Assembly (NCBI GenBank): GCA_951406725.2
Contig: OX597814.1
Coordinates: forward strand, 14,694,001 to 14,758,000
DNA from: Octopus vulgaris
Lineage: Eukaryota
Length of the DNA: 64,000 nt
Direction of reading: 5' to 3'
This document shows, piece after piece, positions 1 through 13,800 of this stretch (its first letter is position 1; each line of letters starts with the position of its first letter). Below the pieces are notes generated by a model. The model made no database searches. It was not told the DNA's origin and saw only the letters and a list, made by a program, of their open reading frames with translations. Both the position numbers and the translations under genes were made by a program.

Positions 1-504
1 ATGTAGTCAACAAGGAAAGATTGTCGATAAGGCAGGAAACATGTACATCAACGGCTTGTCTCTCTCTCTCCTCTCTGTAATGATGAAAGTCACAAGTATG
101 TCAGAATCGATGAGAATGTTGCATACGATGGTGCTGTGACTAAAGCTAGAATAACGAAAGAGTGTTTCTGTAGACATCGGAAATTATGGAAGGCAGAGCT
201 GTCTGCCTTTAACAAATCATATCCCACAATGCTTTTGCAGTATTATGCTAATACCAACAATTGGAACTAAACATTCAATGAGATACGCGCTCTGGACATC
301 AAAACTAGAAAGGTACTGACACCACCGGCAACTTCCACATTAACAGAGACACCGATAGGATTTATGTGAGACGAAGTGATGGCGGTAGAGGCATAAGGTC
401 AGTCCAAATACCCTTTGAATGTGGCATTGTATCACTCAGACAACACCTACTGAACAGTATAGAAAGAACTGAGTACATTGCATGCATAATTCTTCAGAAT
501 TATA

Positions 505-673
505 GGCGTAGGGGTGGCTGTGTGGTAAGTAGCTTGCTTACGAACCACATGGTTCCGGGTTCAGTTCCACTGCGTGGCACCTTGGGCAAGTGTCTTCTGC
601 TATAGCCTCGGGCTGACCAATGCCTTGTGAGTGGGTTTGGTAGACGGAAACTAAAAGAAGCCCGCCGTATATA

Positions 674-712
<39 letters not shown>

Positions 713-958
713 GCGTGTGCGTGTGTGTGTGAGTTTGTGTGTATGTATGTGTTTGTGTTTCTGTGTTTGCCCCCCCCCCCCCAACATCGCTTGACAAATG
801 ATGCTGGTGTGTTTACGTCCCCGTAACTTAGCGGTTCGGCAAAACAGACCGACAGAATAAGTACTAGGCTTACCAAGAAAAGTCCTGGAGTCGATTTGCT
901 CGACTAAAGGCGATGCTCCAGCATGACCACAGTCAAATGACTGAAACAAGTAAAAGAG
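505..958 (+). mobile_element. tRNA-derived SINE, family A (internal microsatellite, GTAAAAGA tail)
   Basis: A-box-like TGGCTGTGTGG and B-box-like GGTTCAGTTCC, CCTTGGGCAAGTG core, central (TG)n, and 3' GACTGAAACAAGTAAAAGAG. Near-identical copies occur elsewhere in the window. Confidence 0.9.
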
Positions 959-1387
959 TGTTGTAAAAGAGATACTGTGCAAGTACTTTGAGAATACAAA
1001 TGTCTCTTGCGACTCAAAGAAGGTTGAACTGACTTATTCAAACAGAAGTTTGGAGGAGAAGCCAATATCATACCAGCTAAATCAATGCATGGGTACATAT
1101 TATCTCGTATACTAGAGGGTAACAGCAGCGTTGACGAGAAGAGTAGCCTCTCCTAAACCTACGATAGATACATTACATCCCACCTAAAACGATATGCCTT
1201 CACTATCCTTGAACAACAGTAGCTACTAAATACTTGGTAAACAAGAGGTAGAAGACACCACCAAACCTCCACGTTGTGATAAAAAAATGTCGGCTCGGCT
1301 ATATCAGTCTGGAAGATATCACCCACACTATCAGCAGCTACACCAAAATGTACCTGCCCCTGAGGCATGATATAGTTACAAAGATTA

Positions 1388-2629
1388 CAAGATGGTATCG
1401 AAACGTTCCCGAACTACTTATTTTTAATTTAAAAAATAACTTATTTACCTAAGTTTTAACATCATCTCTTTCGAAATAGTCACCTTGTGCAGCAATACAC
1501 CGGTCTCAGCGTTCCTACTACCTTTCAAATCCGGCCTGGAAGATGTTTTCCGTAAGAATGTAGATGACCTGCGATTCGCCGTGGATCGCGACAACGGTCT
1601 TAAAACGGTGACCTTTGAACTGCACTTCAATCTTGGGGAAGAGATGGAAGTCCGCAGGTGCTAAATCTGGTGAATAGAGCGGGTGCGGAAGTGATACCTT
1701 ATTGTCTTTGGCGAGAAACTCACGAGTGAGACAGAGAGCATTGTTGTCGTGAAGAATCCAGGGGCGGTTTCGCCGAATGTCATCCCTCAAACCCTTCAAA
1801 ACGTCGGAATCGAACTCTCGATTGACGGGTTGATCTTAGGGAACGAATTCTCGATGCACATACCGCGGATGTTGAAAAAAACGATGAGCATACTCTTGAC
1901 TGAACTGCGGCTCTGTCGTGTCTTCTTCTGCTGTGGAGATGAAGGTCATTTCTGTTGTGACGACTGCTGTTTCGTCTCAAGATAGACCCAACTCTCGTCA
2001 CCGATGATGATCCTCCACATAGAAGATGGGTCATCAGCAGCATGCTGACAGAGATCTTGGCAGACTTCGACGGATACTCTTTCCGCTCAGTGGTCGGCAG
2101 GCGGGGCACAAACTTGGCAGACAGCCCGCATATTCAATTCAGACGTTATGATTGCTTGCGCGGACTCATACGACAAACATCATCAGTAATGTCGTTCATT
2201 GTCCTCCAACGATTCTCATGCACAGCTGCTGAATTTTTTCCACACTCCCGAAGGTGACGCTCGTAGTAGGTCTTCCAGGGACGTTCTTCTACTTTTGAAG
2301 CACCTGTACACTTGAAATATTGTGTACGACCCATTGCCGCAACGCCGTAAGCTTGTCGAAGCACGCTCATTATCTTTGCAGCAGACGTCCTAAGTTTGAC
2401 GAAAAATTTCACGTTGGTTCTTTGTTGCTGCTCATAACAAAATCGCAGACTACAGCATACATGTGATCACAAAAACACAAATTTTACAACTTGCGAAGTA
2501 AACACAGAGATGTCACTCGGCACCCTGCTTCATGATGGTCACTGCTAGCTCTCACTGTGAATGCAACCGTGTGCTGCCATCTGTTGGCGCGCTGCAGAGC
2601 TAGTCCTGGAACGTTTTGATACCACCTCG
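1388..2629 (-). mobile_element. Mariner (Tc1/mariner) DNA transposon, full length with pseudogenised transposase
   Basis: Imperfect ~29-bp TIRs (CAAGATGGTATCGAAACGTTCCCGAACTA / TAGTCCTGGAACGTTTTGATACCACCTCG) flanked by TA (1386-1387, 2630-2631). Minus-strand fragments read WILHDNNA...HPLYSPDLAPADFHLFPK. Confidence 0.93.
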
Positions 2630-3269
2630 TATTTACAATGCTATCCGCAAGAAAGATTGCCTTCAGGTATACATCAAAGGCATGTCAGAACTAATAGGTA
2701 TTCACATTTTAAAAAACAATGATTACTGGTGGAACACCCCCTAATGAAAATATCAGTTCGGTGCAAACTTAACAGACCTGATGTTGTTCTGTTGGACAGG
2801 GAACAAAAGACATACACTGTTGTAGAAGTCAGTTGCCCAGCGGACGTGAATGTATAATCAAAAGACCAGGAAAAAGAGAACATTTCTGGCGAATTAATGC
2901 GGAACTTTCAGCTCTTGTGTCCCGACTATCAAATCCCATACGTTTCTATCATTATAGGTGGATTAAGTTATGTATCAACAAATTTTCACAAAAACCTAGA
3001 TGATATTCGGTTTCACAGAGAAAGAGCAAAAGAAACTGACTCACATTTTCCAAATCAAATTTATTAGTGACGCAATAAATATTTCTAAAACATTCAAAAA
3101 ATTTTCCCTCTGAGATTCTTATGTGAATAGATTCGCACACTTGGAACAATGTATCGACAGTACTACTAACAAACCAGCGCAACGACATATTTACAAACAT
3201 CGGGATCTCTCTGAACTCAAAAAATATTGAACTCTCTCAAAAAGAAATTAAATAAAATTCAAAGCAAAG

Positions 3270-3822
3270 ACATAGATAGATAGATAGATACATACATACA
3301 TACATACATACATACATACATACATACATACATACATACATACACACATACACACATACATACACACATACATGCATACATACATACATACATACATCCA
3401 TCCATCCATCCATCCATCCATACATACATACATACATAAATACATACATGCATACATACATACATGCATGCATACATGCATACATACATACATACATACA
3501 AACATACATACATACATACATACATACATGCATACATACATACATACATGCATACATACATGCATACATACATACATACATACACACACACATACATACA
3601 TACATACGTACGTACGTACATACATACATACACACACATACATACATAGATACATACATACATACATACACACACACATGCATACATACATGCATACATA
3701 CACACATACATACACACACACATACATACATACATACATACATACATACATACATACATACATACATACATACATACATACATACATACATACATACATA
3801 CAGCCATTCTTACGTATGTACA
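3270..3822. repeat. Compound microsatellite (ATAG)n/(ACAT)n/(CCAT)n
   Basis: Directly visible tetranucleotide arrays. They account for the MYVC/HTYI pseudo-ORFs. Confidence 0.97.
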
Positions 3823-4334
3823 TATGTATACAATCAAGAAATCTTAATAAAGAAGTGAGAATGTTTACGTCTTCAAAATTTATTTATTAAAGAATTTTCT
3901 TCATATTAGATTTCGAACGTGTTTCTGTTGGGTAAGTGTCTTGGTATCCTCTGATATGAAAATTTTGTGCACTTAGTTGATTTACATTAAATCACATTAA
4001 GTCCACATTCAAATCTAAAGGAAGACAGTCCTATACATCTTTATTCGAGGTGTTTCTCATACGGATGGGTGAAGCGAAATGAAGATTCATACATTAGATA
4101 TAAGCCGCTAATGTGTACTCCTGGCGACGGAACATAAAAGATCAGTGCAGATATATTGTAGAGATATTAGAGAAATAAAATATATCCATAGATTCTTGTT
4201 TCATTTAAATTTAGAACGATTTTTTGTTACATATTAAGGAAACAGATTAATTTATTATATTTAGTAGAAAGCATCGTAAATAGTTCAGAATGTATTCAGA
4301 AAATTTACCGTTGATATTAAAAATAATATAATAT

Positions 4335-4355
4335 CTTACATATTAAAACTGAAAA

Positions 4356-4432
<77 letters not shown>

Positions 4433-6270
4433 ATTGGTATGTCCTCGTTTTGCGCCAAGACGGCTCGACCGATTTTTCTTAAACTTCACACGCACATTGC
4501 CTATGTGTCTGGGGAGGTTTTAAGTATAAACTGATTTCGAAAAAGTGTTCGAGTAAACGGCGGAGGCATAACATTTGGGTGCGGTTGATCGGCGGGCGTA
4601 ATTATTTTTAAGCTTCCAAGGGAAATAACCCATTCCCTCCTTCGTAAATTATTTGGTAAAAAATGAAACTGAGTATGCTTATTTCTTATTATCTGAACTA
4701 TATTAGTTATTTTCTTAATTCATCCATTACAACGTAAAGGTAGCATATTCTTCCTTAACGCTCCTGGCTGAACAGGCAAAAGGTTCGTAACTAGACTCAT
4801 TCTTGCAAAAGTAAGGCTACAAAAATGTATCGCAATAGTTGTAGCAACTTCGGGCATACCTGCTACTCTGCTCCCTGGTGGTAGGACTGCACACTCTACG
4901 TTTAAGCTTCCCCTTAACCTCGAAAGTTCACCAACGCCTGTTTGCAACTTTTCAAAGACGTCGGACAACGGGCAATTGCTCTCACAATGCCGCCTGATTG
5001 TTTGGGATGAATGCACAATGGCTCACAAGGCATTGGATGGAACTTTGCGAGACATAAAGGAAAACCACGAACCGAATGGGTGTGTCACTGTCTTGCTATC
5101 TGGGGACTTTAGGCAAACATTGCCAGTGATTCCGAAAGGCACAAGGGCGGATGAAGTAACGGCGTGTCTTAAGTCTTCACTTCTATGGGGTCATGTTGTT
5201 ACTTTAAGGTTAGAATCCAGTATGAGAGCGCGCCACCATGAGGACCCATTGTCAGAAGATTTTGCGAGGGACATTCTTCTTGGCAATGGTGAAGTTCCAG
5301 AAGACGGAAATGAAGATGTTAACATAAGTAACATTTCCACAATAGCCAGTACTAACCAGAGTTTTCAGGACCAGGTCTTCCCAGTCCTAAAAGTCCACAA
5401 CTGAGATCTAGATTGGCATTGCCAAAGAGCCATTTTGGATCCTAAAAACTTTGCGGTCAGTGCAATCAACAACAGCCTCTTACTGCGATTGCCTGGTGAC
5501 GTGACAGTCTATAAGTCAGTAGACACCATTCCCAATGAGGATGAGGTAGTTGATTATCCCACTGAATTTTTGAATTCCTAGGAGCCTTCAGGTGTACCTC
5601 CCCATATTCTTAGTCTTAAAGTAGGTAGCCCTGTTATGCTGATAAGGAATTTAAATCCACCGACGTTGGGCAACGGTACACGTCTTGTTATAACAAATTT
5701 ACTTCCCAATGTCATTGAAGCAACGATTATGACTGTCTGTGGCACAGGTCAAGATGTCTTCATACTGTGAATTACCCTTGTGCCTTCAGTTGCTGACTTA
5801 CCGTTCACATTCCGCAGAGTGCATTTTCCAATTAGACTCAGATACGCCATGTCTATTAATAAGTCTCATGGACAATTTCTGTCTGTCGTTGGACTTTACT
5901 TAGCCGAACCGTGCTTTTCATGCAGTCAACTGTACGTTTGCTGCTCAAGAGTGGGTTTTAGGAACTGTTTAGATGCCTTCATCTCCCAGGGGAAAACTAA
6001 AAATGTTGTTTATAAGGAAGATTTGTAGACCTGCCGTACAGGCGCCATATTTCAGTCCTGCGTTATTGCTGTTATAATTTTTATTGGATTATTTTTTCAC
6101 TTGAATGTTGTCGTAATATTACACGTGCGGTTCCCTTAAAGAGTTACTTAGATGTTAGTCTTGCCATAAAGCGTGAAAGGTGCTTAACGGAGGAGGTGTT
6201 AATCGCTTTATTAGTTTTTTAGCCTTTTCGAACTAACGCACCCGGGAAACGCCGAGTACGCCTGCTACTA
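4335..6270 (+). mobile_element. Helitron derivative carrying a degenerate PIF1-family helicase
   Basis: 5' TC start. Helicase motifs ATSGIPATLLPGGRTAHSTFKLP, LIVWDECTMAHK, GDFRQTLPV, LKVGSPVMLIRNL and FPIRLRYAMSINKSHGQ, with stops and frameshifts. 3' GC hairpin CCCGGGAAACGCCGAG followed by a CTAC/CTAG-like end. Confidence 0.88.
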
Positions 6271-6339
6271 TGATATAAAGTAAATGGACAGATTTAAAAG
6301 ATCGAGACAAAGAGGAAACTAATATTGTTTCTCAAGAGA

Positions 6340-7100
6340 ATTTTGGTTGAATGAAGAAGTTTAATGCCAATGCTCTCTGTTGCATTTCTTACCGCAGTTT
6401 GTCAGGAATCGCAGATAGCGGAGCATCCAGATACATTTAAATACATTTACATCCACTCCCTGTAGCGTTTTCAGTTTCTTTGGTAAGATATTGATAACTT
6501 GTGGGCTGTTGATCCTTAAGTCATTACAGTATGTAGTCCTGCTATATTTGGCACTATAATTGTATAGCTCGTAGTTCCTATTCTAGTGGTAGTTTTTCAA
6601 AGTACCCTAGTTATAGCACTGTAACGATCTTCTGGTAGCATAATTTCTAGTGGTGTTGTATAAATCACACGTCTGACAAGGATTGTTCTTCACAAAACGA
6701 GCACAATTTCCTACTCTCACGTCCTGATATCAAAATCCACCCCAGCAACCTTTATCACATCGTTGCCATCTCAGTAATGTGTTCGCAGATTTATAGCGAA
6801 TAGCTCGTAATTTTCAGGCTTTAAATTGCATATTATTTACTTCGGCCTTCTTGTAGACTGGATTAAGTTAATGCCGCGGTTGTTTGGCATGATCAGAATA
6901 CTTCATTACCTGTAATACTTTTATATCATTGGCATAGATTGTGAGAAAGTATGTCTGAGTTGTGTTCGATAGACTCATTACAAACAACAATATCCCTAAG
7001 ACATTTCCCTATGGGATGCCTTTCAAGATCAGGGAGGGCTGTACTAGTTGCATCCGTCTGACTACAACCTTAAAAAAACCCTCATGAGGCACACGTCTAA
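6340..7100 (-). mobile_element. Highly degenerate CR1-like LINE reverse transcriptase fragment
   Basis: Minus strand reads GIP*GNVLGILLFV...IYANDIK (~7020-6920), resembling the GxPQGSVLGPLLF...YADD motifs. Confidence 0.55.
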
Positions 7101-7925
7101 TCTCCAAAATATTTCCAATGTCATATAGTTTCTAACACACCGGCCATTCTAAAGTCGAGCTATATAAAATATATAAGGAGAATATTCCACAATAAAACTA
7201 AGGATGTTTCCGTACAAAGTAATTGTAAAGGGAAAGGCTTTACTCTTCAGATAACCGGTGTTGATAAAATATATTCCAGCAACATAAATGAATCGATTTT
7301 AATTCTCTTCATATTACAAGTTGTCTAATCAAAATGATTATTTTTCAATTAAATCTATAACTTCTATGCACCTAGTCTGCTTAGATTGCATATCTATGCA
7401 AAGCTATTTGTGTACATGACTCAATGAACAATTTTATAATACTGCTTTAGTAGTTTGTGAGCAAATTTTTTTAATAGTTTGAAAGCAGTTTCTAAGTTAG
7501 CGCATTAAATCCACGAAGGGCGATAATTTGCTTAAGGGAGCTAACTACTACACTATGCATTGATTTTTCTCCCCTTAGTTTCTATACTTGAAGCTGTCTT
7601 TTTCTTATTTTCTGGGGGTTTTTTTTCATTCTAACTGTTTGTTACATTCTTAAGCAATTATTGATTGAACAGAATTGAATAGTCAGTGGTATTTGTTACA
7701 CTGAACTATAGAAACTGAGATATGACTTTATTAATGCTCCAAGTAAAATTTCAGGATAGTTTAAAATGATATCAAACATTGACCAAATTTTCTTTTTCCT
7801 CTGATTTTGTTTTGTTTCTCTCATTGAAGTCATTTTGACCATTGTTGCTTTATAAATTAAATAAGTTCGCAGCCACTTACTTAGTGTTTACAAGTCGAAT
7901 AACATCGCGTCTCACTTATTATTCA

Positions 7926-8264
7926 CTAGCAGAGAGTAATAGCCAAAAAATAGCAAAAAATGCATTAAAAATGGAAAAAAAAATTATGGTAATTTTTTTT
8001 TTAATCGTTGACTCATCGTAGACATTTTTAGAGAGTTACTTCCCTTTATTAAAAAAAATATGCATTAAAATGGAAAAAAAAGATGGTAAATTATTTTTAA
8101 AATCGTAGGCTCATCGTAGACGCGCGCTAATACCCAGAAGGGCTCGATATGAATCACGACTATAAGATACCCGGTTTTGGTTAAACTGCATCGCAAAATG
8201 TGGGAGTAGTTAGGAATCTAAATCGGAGTAGACAGACACACAACCTTTCTTTTATATATAAAGA
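7926..8264 (-). mobile_element. Non-autonomous Helitron-like element (same family as 54277-54670)
   Basis: Reverse complement of 54277-54670. TC...CTAG termini on the minus strand; the subterminal hairpin is deleted in this copy. Confidence 0.75.
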
Positions 8265-8517
8265 TTATCTAAGCAATTCCATTTTTCTATGTAAATTTAA
8301 CATTTGAGTCATTGAAATTCTTAAAGGAGGGCCAAATAGGTAATGAGAGAAAAAAATAATAGTCGACGATAATATTTTCTTTATTGTTTCAATAAGTAGG
8401 CAAGACCATTCCAGACAAGTGTAAGTTGTGGTGTGCAAAGAAAAAACAAAGTTCACACTATGATTTGTCGAACCGTAAGCGAACCAATTTCCAAGTAAAT
8501 ATGCATAAATATGCATA

Positions 8518-8930
8518 GGCTCAGGAGTGGCTGTGTGGTAAGTAGCTTGCTTACCAACCACACGGTTCGGGGTCCAGTCCCACTGCGTGGCATCTTGGGC
8601 ATGTGTCTTCTGCTATTGCATCGGGCCGACCAATACCTTGTGAGTGGATTTGGTAGACGGAAACTGAAAGAAGCCTGTCGTATATATGTATATATATATA
8701 TGTGTGTGTGTGTGTGTTTGTGTGTCTGTGTGTGTCCTCCCAACATCGCTCGACAACCGATGGTGGTGTGTTCATGTCCCCGTAACTTAGAGGTTCGGCA
8801 AAAGAGACCGATAGAATAAGTACTAGGCCTTACAACGAATAAGTCCTGGGGGTCGATTTACTCGACTAGAAGGCGGTGCTCCAGCATGGCCGCAGTCAAA
8901 TGACTGAAACAAGTAAAAGACTAAAGAGTA
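8518..8930 (+). mobile_element. SINE family A
   Basis: Full-length match to 505-958. Confidence 0.92.
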
Positions 8931-8985
8931 AATATATATTTGTCACCAAATAGGAAACACTCTATAAATTTGCTCGGGAAACTCA

Positions 8986-9406
8986 CTTTACTCTCTTTTA
9001 CTCTTTTACTTGTTTCAGTCATTTGACTGCGGCCATGCTGGAGCACCGCCTTTAGACGAGCAACTCGACCCCGGGACTTATTCTTTGTAAGCCCAGTACT
9101 TATTCTATCGGTCTCTTTTTCCGAACCGCTAAGTGACGGGGGCTTAAACACACCAGCATCGGTTGTCAAGCAATGCTAGGGGGACAAACACATACACACA
9201 AACACATACACACACACACACACATATATATATATACATATATACGACAGGCTTCTTTCAGTTTCCGTCTACCAAATCCACTCACAAGGCATTGGTCGGC
9301 CCGGGGCTATAGCAGAAGACACTTGCCCAAGATGCCACGCAGTGGGACTGAAACCGGAACCATGTGGTTGGTATACAGCTACTTACCACACAGCCACTCC
9401 TGCGCC
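8986..9406 (-). mobile_element. SINE family A, tail-to-tail with the preceding copy
   Basis: Reverse complement of family A. Confidence 0.92.
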
Positions 9407-10879
9407 TACTGTTAAATGTTGTCATATATGTTCACAGCATTTGTTACTAAGTCAAAGCCGACAGGAAGCGTCGTTGCTTCCTAGGGCTAAACAGCGGTGG
9501 TGTAATTCCCATACGGGACTGTCACGTTATGTTGACAGTATACAACCACTCTATCGCTCCGCCACCGCTCATGTCTCTTTGAGACATTTAGAAATTTTAT
9601 ATTTCTAAAATTTAATATTTCTTATTGTATACAGTGCTCAGATGCAAGAAAAGAAAAAAAGTAACCAAAACTTCATGAACATTATAAAGAATAAAGAATA
9701 AAGAATAAAGAATAAAGAATAAAGAAGTGAACAGCGAATAAGTCTGATTGTACGTTTCTCAACAGTTTCCAGAAGATTGACAAGCCGAGCAAGATAGGAG
9801 TTCAATGTTATAGAGAATGGGGAATTATCAACCTCATTTTTCAGAAGGATTAGTAGCAAGGTGTGCTTGTTTGTTTGTTTGTGTGCGTGTGTGTGTGTGT
9901 GCTCGCGCGCGCACGCGCGTGTGTGTGTGTGTAAGTGTGTGCTTGCGTGTGTGTGTGTGTTAGTGAGTGTTAGTTTAGTAATCTATAGTCGCGTTTGTTG
10001 TTCTCGTTTCTTATCTGCAGGTCAAAGATAATCATACAATTACTTTTAGATATGTACTTCGTGACTAAAAGGAGATTCAATTGCAATTTGTTGTTGTCGT
10101 CATCGTTGTCATAAGTTTTTGTAGTTGATATTGCAACTATAATGTATAATGTTTCGCTTCCCTGCAAATACATTTACTAAAAGTAATTCTAGAAGCGCGA
10201 GAGAAATTAAATCACTTCCTTTTTTGTTTTGAAGACTGAATGTTTTTAATATATTTTGCCTTTGTTGTTACAACACTTCTTTCTTCCTATATTTACTAAG
10301 TCCATTTCACTCTCAACACTAATTAACTACATTTCTCTTTCTCTAATAAAGGGAGGACAAAGCCTGTGCCTCCTTATAACATTTCTCATGGTTGTATACA
10401 CCATGAGGAAATGAGGGAACAATATTCAAGTCTAGGATTTACAACAGATATATTACTTACTAGTAATTTACACTGAAGCGCAAAAAAAATTGAGATTTTA
10501 TCAAATGTTATTTTTATGTTAAACTCTTAAAATTTATTCCAGGGGTGTAAGTGTAAATATTCCAAGACATGCTGATTTATGGCTGAGATCCAAATTCAGG
10601 TAACCTCTCATCTTTCCCTGAAACGAGACACCAAAAACGCAGCTGCGTTGAATGCCGTAGGTGGCAGACGCAAACAATTGTCATGGAAACCGAAATGCAC
10701 GCGCATCTCATGGAGGTTATCGGTATAAAAATCAAATTGAACTGCGTTCCAGGCATTCGTAATTTCTCCGTAAAAGAACAATCGTTGGGTGGTTTAATTT
10801 GTTGAAGGCTTCTGGTCAGATACGTCGAACTACTAAAACTGTTAATTTGTTGCATTTTTTCAAAAACACATAGCTTGTT

Positions 10880-13800
10880 CAGCAAGCTTGAGTTTTTTTG
10901 GGTTTTTTTTGTATCTTCCCCCATTCGGGATGGAAAGTAGGATGCCGGAGATCAACAACGAGAAGGAACGAGCAGAAAGCTACGCGTCGGTGGCTGGTAA
11001 ACAGAACAAGACAGTATCACAGTTGAAAATGAGCGAAATTAAAATCCTCCATATTAATGTAAGTGAATGTTTCCATTATACAGATAGAGAGGGGTCGAAA
11101 GTGAAGTTGATTCCCTCGGAGAAATTAACCAAAAATGTGAAAAGAAAAAGAGTAACGTATGGACGCTTGCGTTTCCTCCGAAAGAAGGTTGAAGTGGATC
11201 CGGAGGAGGTCATTGAAAAATGTCTCAAACCAAGGAAAGAAGTCATCTCCTGCTACACCCATGGTAGGACGTACGGTACAGTGGAGGTAAAATTTGCCAC
11301 TATAGAGGTGGCAGAGAAGCGCACCACTGTACCAATAAGATCAGAAGAATGGCTGCTCCTGCCAACCTACCTAGGGAAGCGAGTCGCTAGGGTAAGGGTT
11401 GGCAGGATTCTGCCAGAGATAGAAGCGGTATGGACTGCAGCAGCCATACTTTCAGGAACAAAAGAAAACCCAATAATTGCACAGGCAACGCGGTCGCAGC
11501 ATTTGAATTGTTGGGGTTATGGCCTGGAATTAGTTGTCCAGCCCACCCAGACACACTTGAGCGGAATTCCGGAAGTGACTGAGTTACGGGAAGAAATTTG
11601 GATCCAACTTGTTATGGCTGTCGCCAGAAGGGGCGCATCTTTTTGATGTGCCCCCAAAAGGAACAAGAACCAAAGAATGTCAAGATCCTGACCAAGCTCG
11701 AAAACGTGGAGGTGGCGGAAGGGACTCAAGGTGCGACTGAAACGGATTTTCTTGAAGGTCGCCCATAAGAATAGCTGAACAAAGTAAATTTCGCCGCTGC
11801 AGATGGTATACTGAGAAAACTCTTAATGTGGGACCCGAAATTTTAAACAAGCACAAATAGGTGTTTCAGAGGGAGGGACACGAATTGAAAGCCACCCTCC
11901 AAAGTGAATGTATAGAAAGCACTATCAAAAAAAATTATTATGTTCAAAAGTCTAGTAATTAAGGAGAAAAAAACTAGAAATAGCATCGAAAGAAGAAGTG
12001 GAGAAATATCTACAGCCTATTTGGTCTGACATTACCTTTGTGACAAGAGGCAAAAGATTTGCAACAATCATTGTGCATTTCAAAAGTGAGGAAAAAGCCA
12101 GGTAACACTCCATCAAACCCTTAAAAACACCCGAGGTAGTGCTGCTACCAACCTACCTAGTAAGGCGCACTTCCAAAATATTGGTGGAAGAAATTTCTCC
12201 CGAGAAAAATGTTACCTGGCCTTGTGCAGCACTCATCATAGGCTTAGAGGATAAAATATCGATCCTCGAAGCCACAAAAATCGAGCAGCTGAATTGTAAA
12301 GGCCAGAGGCTCGAAATAGTCATTCAAGCAGCACCTCATCACTAGATTGGAGAGGAGGCTGAGTTACATGTGATGGTCGAGGGGAGGAGGCCTCGCTGCT
12401 TTAAATGTCCCTCCCCTCCCCAAACCTCCGAACCAACAACCACAGCTGATAAAAAGGATCCATCCATACAGGAAAACACTACCCCAAAAACCGAAAATAA
12501 GGAAACTAAAATACATTGGGCTACTGTAACGCACAAAAACTTAAAAAGGAGAAACACCCAACCCACCCACTCTAGCCCCAGCACCAACAAAAGAAAATCT
12601 CCCCCAGCAGACACAAACGATTTTCAACTCCAACTCTAACAAAAAGTAGTACCGCTCTCAGTCCTGAAAAGGAACTTCCCTCCCCCTCTTCCCAACAGCA
12701 GCCGAGTTCAACTTAATGGCAATAAATACGAAGAATTATTTTTTACCAGTTGAAGTGCAAGATATACCATCTACAGAACCCTATAAAGAACATTACACCA
12801 TCCTACCAGAGGGGATTCAAATTTCTTCCATAGACTGGATAATTACAATATGTTGTGCTCCCGATTCCCCAACGATATAGGCCCTCTAAGAAAGGACTTT
12901 TGTACGTCTATGTACGAGGGCCTAACCAAAGAATCCCCACAAGACTATACTGAGAAGGGATTATATTCCTCTCTCCAACAAAGGTAAGACTTTTTATGGA
13001 TACACTCACTGTAGGATATTTAAATGTACGTGGCCTGGGGTCAGACTGGAAGCAAGGTCGCTTCCTTAATGACATCAGGTCACATACATTGGATGTGATA
13101 GCGGCCACGGAAACCAGACTGAGTGGGATGTGAGCCTTTATCCCCACTCCTGAACGGTTACGGGAAATTTATTTCTCCCTGTCAACCAGTGGGAGGGAGT
13201 GATGTCACAATTCTACTCAGGAAAAATCTGGCTTTCGAGATTAGAACAATTTTTATTGACCGGGAAGGCAGGTTGGTTGTCCTTGGTGTGACGATCAGCA
13301 GTGGTAAAACATTCAGGCTACACCTGCTTCAGGACTAGACAGTCTGACTAATTTAGAAGCCTAGAAAATTTCATAAGCTCGCCTCATACTTTAGTATTTT
13401 TAGGTGACTTTAACACAATCTGCGATGCATGCGCAGATTGTGTTGGCTCGAATCCAAATAGAAAGGGTAACCCATGCTTCACTGCTCTGCTCAGTCGCTT
13501 TCAGCTGACAGACCAGTATAGACTATAATTTCCGGGTGCTCCAGTGTGGATATCGACGAACAGCAACGGAACTTCTAGATCTTATCTAAATAAGATTATA
13601 GTTAGACATAAAGATAAGAATATAGCTAGTTGTCCACAGTTCCACTATGTCGGCTACAGCGATCACAAGCTTGTGTCCTGTACGCTTGTCTTAGACAGGA
13701 TATGTAGACAAGGACTCGGCTACAAGAAACTCAACAGGTCTCTTTTGACCTGTGAGGAGTACAGGAACCGGATTAGTCAGCTAGTGAAGAGGGCACTGAC

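Larger units (their letters stand above)
1..3110 (+). mobile_element. Decayed non-LTR retrotransposon 3' portion with restriction-like endonuclease (R4/Dong-like), interrupted by a SINE and a mariner
   Basis: Fragments read ...YVRRSDGGRGIRS... (~363-400). RHDIVTKI/IYNAIRKKDC is split exactly by the mariner at 1386/2631. It is followed by NRPDVVLLDREQKTYTVVEVSCPAD (~2770-2846), a PD..D/E RLE motif. Many stops and frameshifts. Confidence 0.75.

Noticed and set aside
505-580. tRNA genes at SINE heads
   Set aside because: Only A/B boxes are present, without a full cloverleaf, and they continue into SINE bodies.
3237-3890. Long ORFs of [12 protein letters not shown] type here and at 30650-31200, 39800-40600, 50000-52400 and 58100-63200
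   Set aside because: They are translations of stop-free microsatellites with no coding evidence.
4720-6028. Host PIF1 helicase gene
   Set aside because: It is intronless, has stops and frameshifts, and is bounded by Helitron-type termini, so it is transposon-derived.
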